Below are positions 46,583-47,185 of a DNA stretch of 47,185 bases, piece by piece. The position numbers were made by a program, and so were the translations under genes. This stretch comes from Promethearchaeota archaeon Loki_b31. Lineage in GTDB: Archaea > Asgardarchaeota > Lokiarchaeia > Sigyniarchaeales > SOKP01. The stretch covers positions 1-47,185 of the forward strand of contig NJBI01000026.1 in the NCBI GenBank assembly GCA_005222975.1, given 5' to 3'. The number at the start of each line of letters is the position of its first letter. Position 1 is the first letter of the stretch. The notes beneath the pieces were generated by a model. It was not told where the DNA came from. It searched no databases and saw nothing but the letters and a program-made list of their open reading frames with translations.

Positions 46583-47185
46583 TTAATTCTTATTAAATCC
46601 TTCTTTTGAGTGCTTACAATTTGGACATTTCCATTCTTCTGGTAAATCTTTGAAAAGTACTTCCATCTTTGTTTCATCATACTCAGCACCACAATTAGAA
46701 CACTTATAAAGATATAATTCAAGAATTTCCATAAGTTCTTGCCTTGTAACATCTTGTTCCATTTTTTTGTAAACAAACGACATAGCTTTGTTGTCTCCAA
46801 AAAGGATGGCTCCTTTTAGTTTATTATCTTTCAAGATTAACTTTTGATAACAACAATCGTCTTTGTCTGCTCTTTTTAAGATATCCCAACCCCCACCCTC
46901 TTCTTTTGAGGGATCGAAAATTCCTATTGAAGTTAATTCCACACCCACTATTTTTAACGTATTTTTTGGAGTGGTTCCCTTGTATTCAATCTTTTTTAAG
47001 CCTAAAGCAGAAGCCGCAACTATTTTTGACTATTCCATGCAGGCGGGGATAATTCCCCATGTTTGATTTTTATATTCTATACAATCACCAACGGCATATA
47101 TATCCTTTTGGCTTGTTTCTAAGAGTTCATTAACAATAATTCCTCTATTTGTGTCTATTTTTGCTTCCTTAGCTAAACCTATAGT
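46583..47185 (-). CDS. NAD(P)H:rubredoxin oxidoreductase-like flavoprotein with C-terminal rubredoxin domain; 5'-truncated by window edge; in-frame TAG at 47032-47030
   Basis: Frame from the edge reads [22 protein letters not shown]...[15 protein letters not shown]...[14 protein letters not shown]...GAILFGD...YKCSNCG...WKCPNC. Confidence 0.85.

Noticed and set aside
266-47066. Short antisense or overlapping track ORFs (e.g. 266..472, 5394..5675, 13516..13821, 38302..38525, 42509..42874, 44121..44640, 46546..46800, 46863..47066)
   Set aside because: They lie opposite or inside well-supported genes and show no recognisable motifs; treated as shadow ORFs.
1-47185. Genome-wide reassignment of TAG to Gln or another amino acid
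   Set aside because: TAG ends several apparently complete genes (15134, 23916, 32871, 41668, 41710), and readthrough at 41668 and 41710 would run into the convergent gene.

Overview
Strongly AT-rich archaeal chromosome segment whose gene content (archaeal RNase Z, CdhE, SAMP/MoaD, large lineage-specific helical proteins) points to an Asgard archaeon, most likely Lokiarchaeia; this is inference, no search was run. (i) 1-8544: accessory-looking + strand cassette with a partial ORF, a HerA/VirB4-like ATPase split by one in-frame TAG, and a ~1,990-aa modular protein (acidic repeats, helical repeats, three HTH-like modules, C-terminal PD-(D/E)XK-like nuclease). (ii) 8.6-34.7 kb: PIN-TPR protein, mobB, AIR-synthase-like protein, acyl-CoA synthetase alpha subunit, a 1,203-aa multi-Lrp/AsnC-like protein, MFS, cdhE, HAD, SNAP/TPR-like protein, a ubiquitin-like protein with a tail after its GG, rnz, an ABC exporter and a corrinoid protein. 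(iii) 35-37.4 kb: tusA, iscS with PLP Lys replaced by Asp, iscU fused to a degenerate TrxB-like domain, and half a rhodanese. (iv) 37.6-47.2 kb: oxygen-defence/rubredoxin region (rbr, dfx, acyl-CoA dehydrogenase-rubredoxin fusion, fprA, two rubredoxins missing from the ORF track, NAD(P)H:rubredoxin oxidoreductase with an in-frame TAG). Beyond the ORF track, five genes appear to start at non-canonical codons (ATT, ATT, ATA, ACG/ATT, TTC) behind Shine-Dalgarno-like motifs, and two structured RNA candidates lie at ~22.3 kb and ~33.8 kb. No rRNA, tRNA, CRISPR array, transposase or integrase was recognised.
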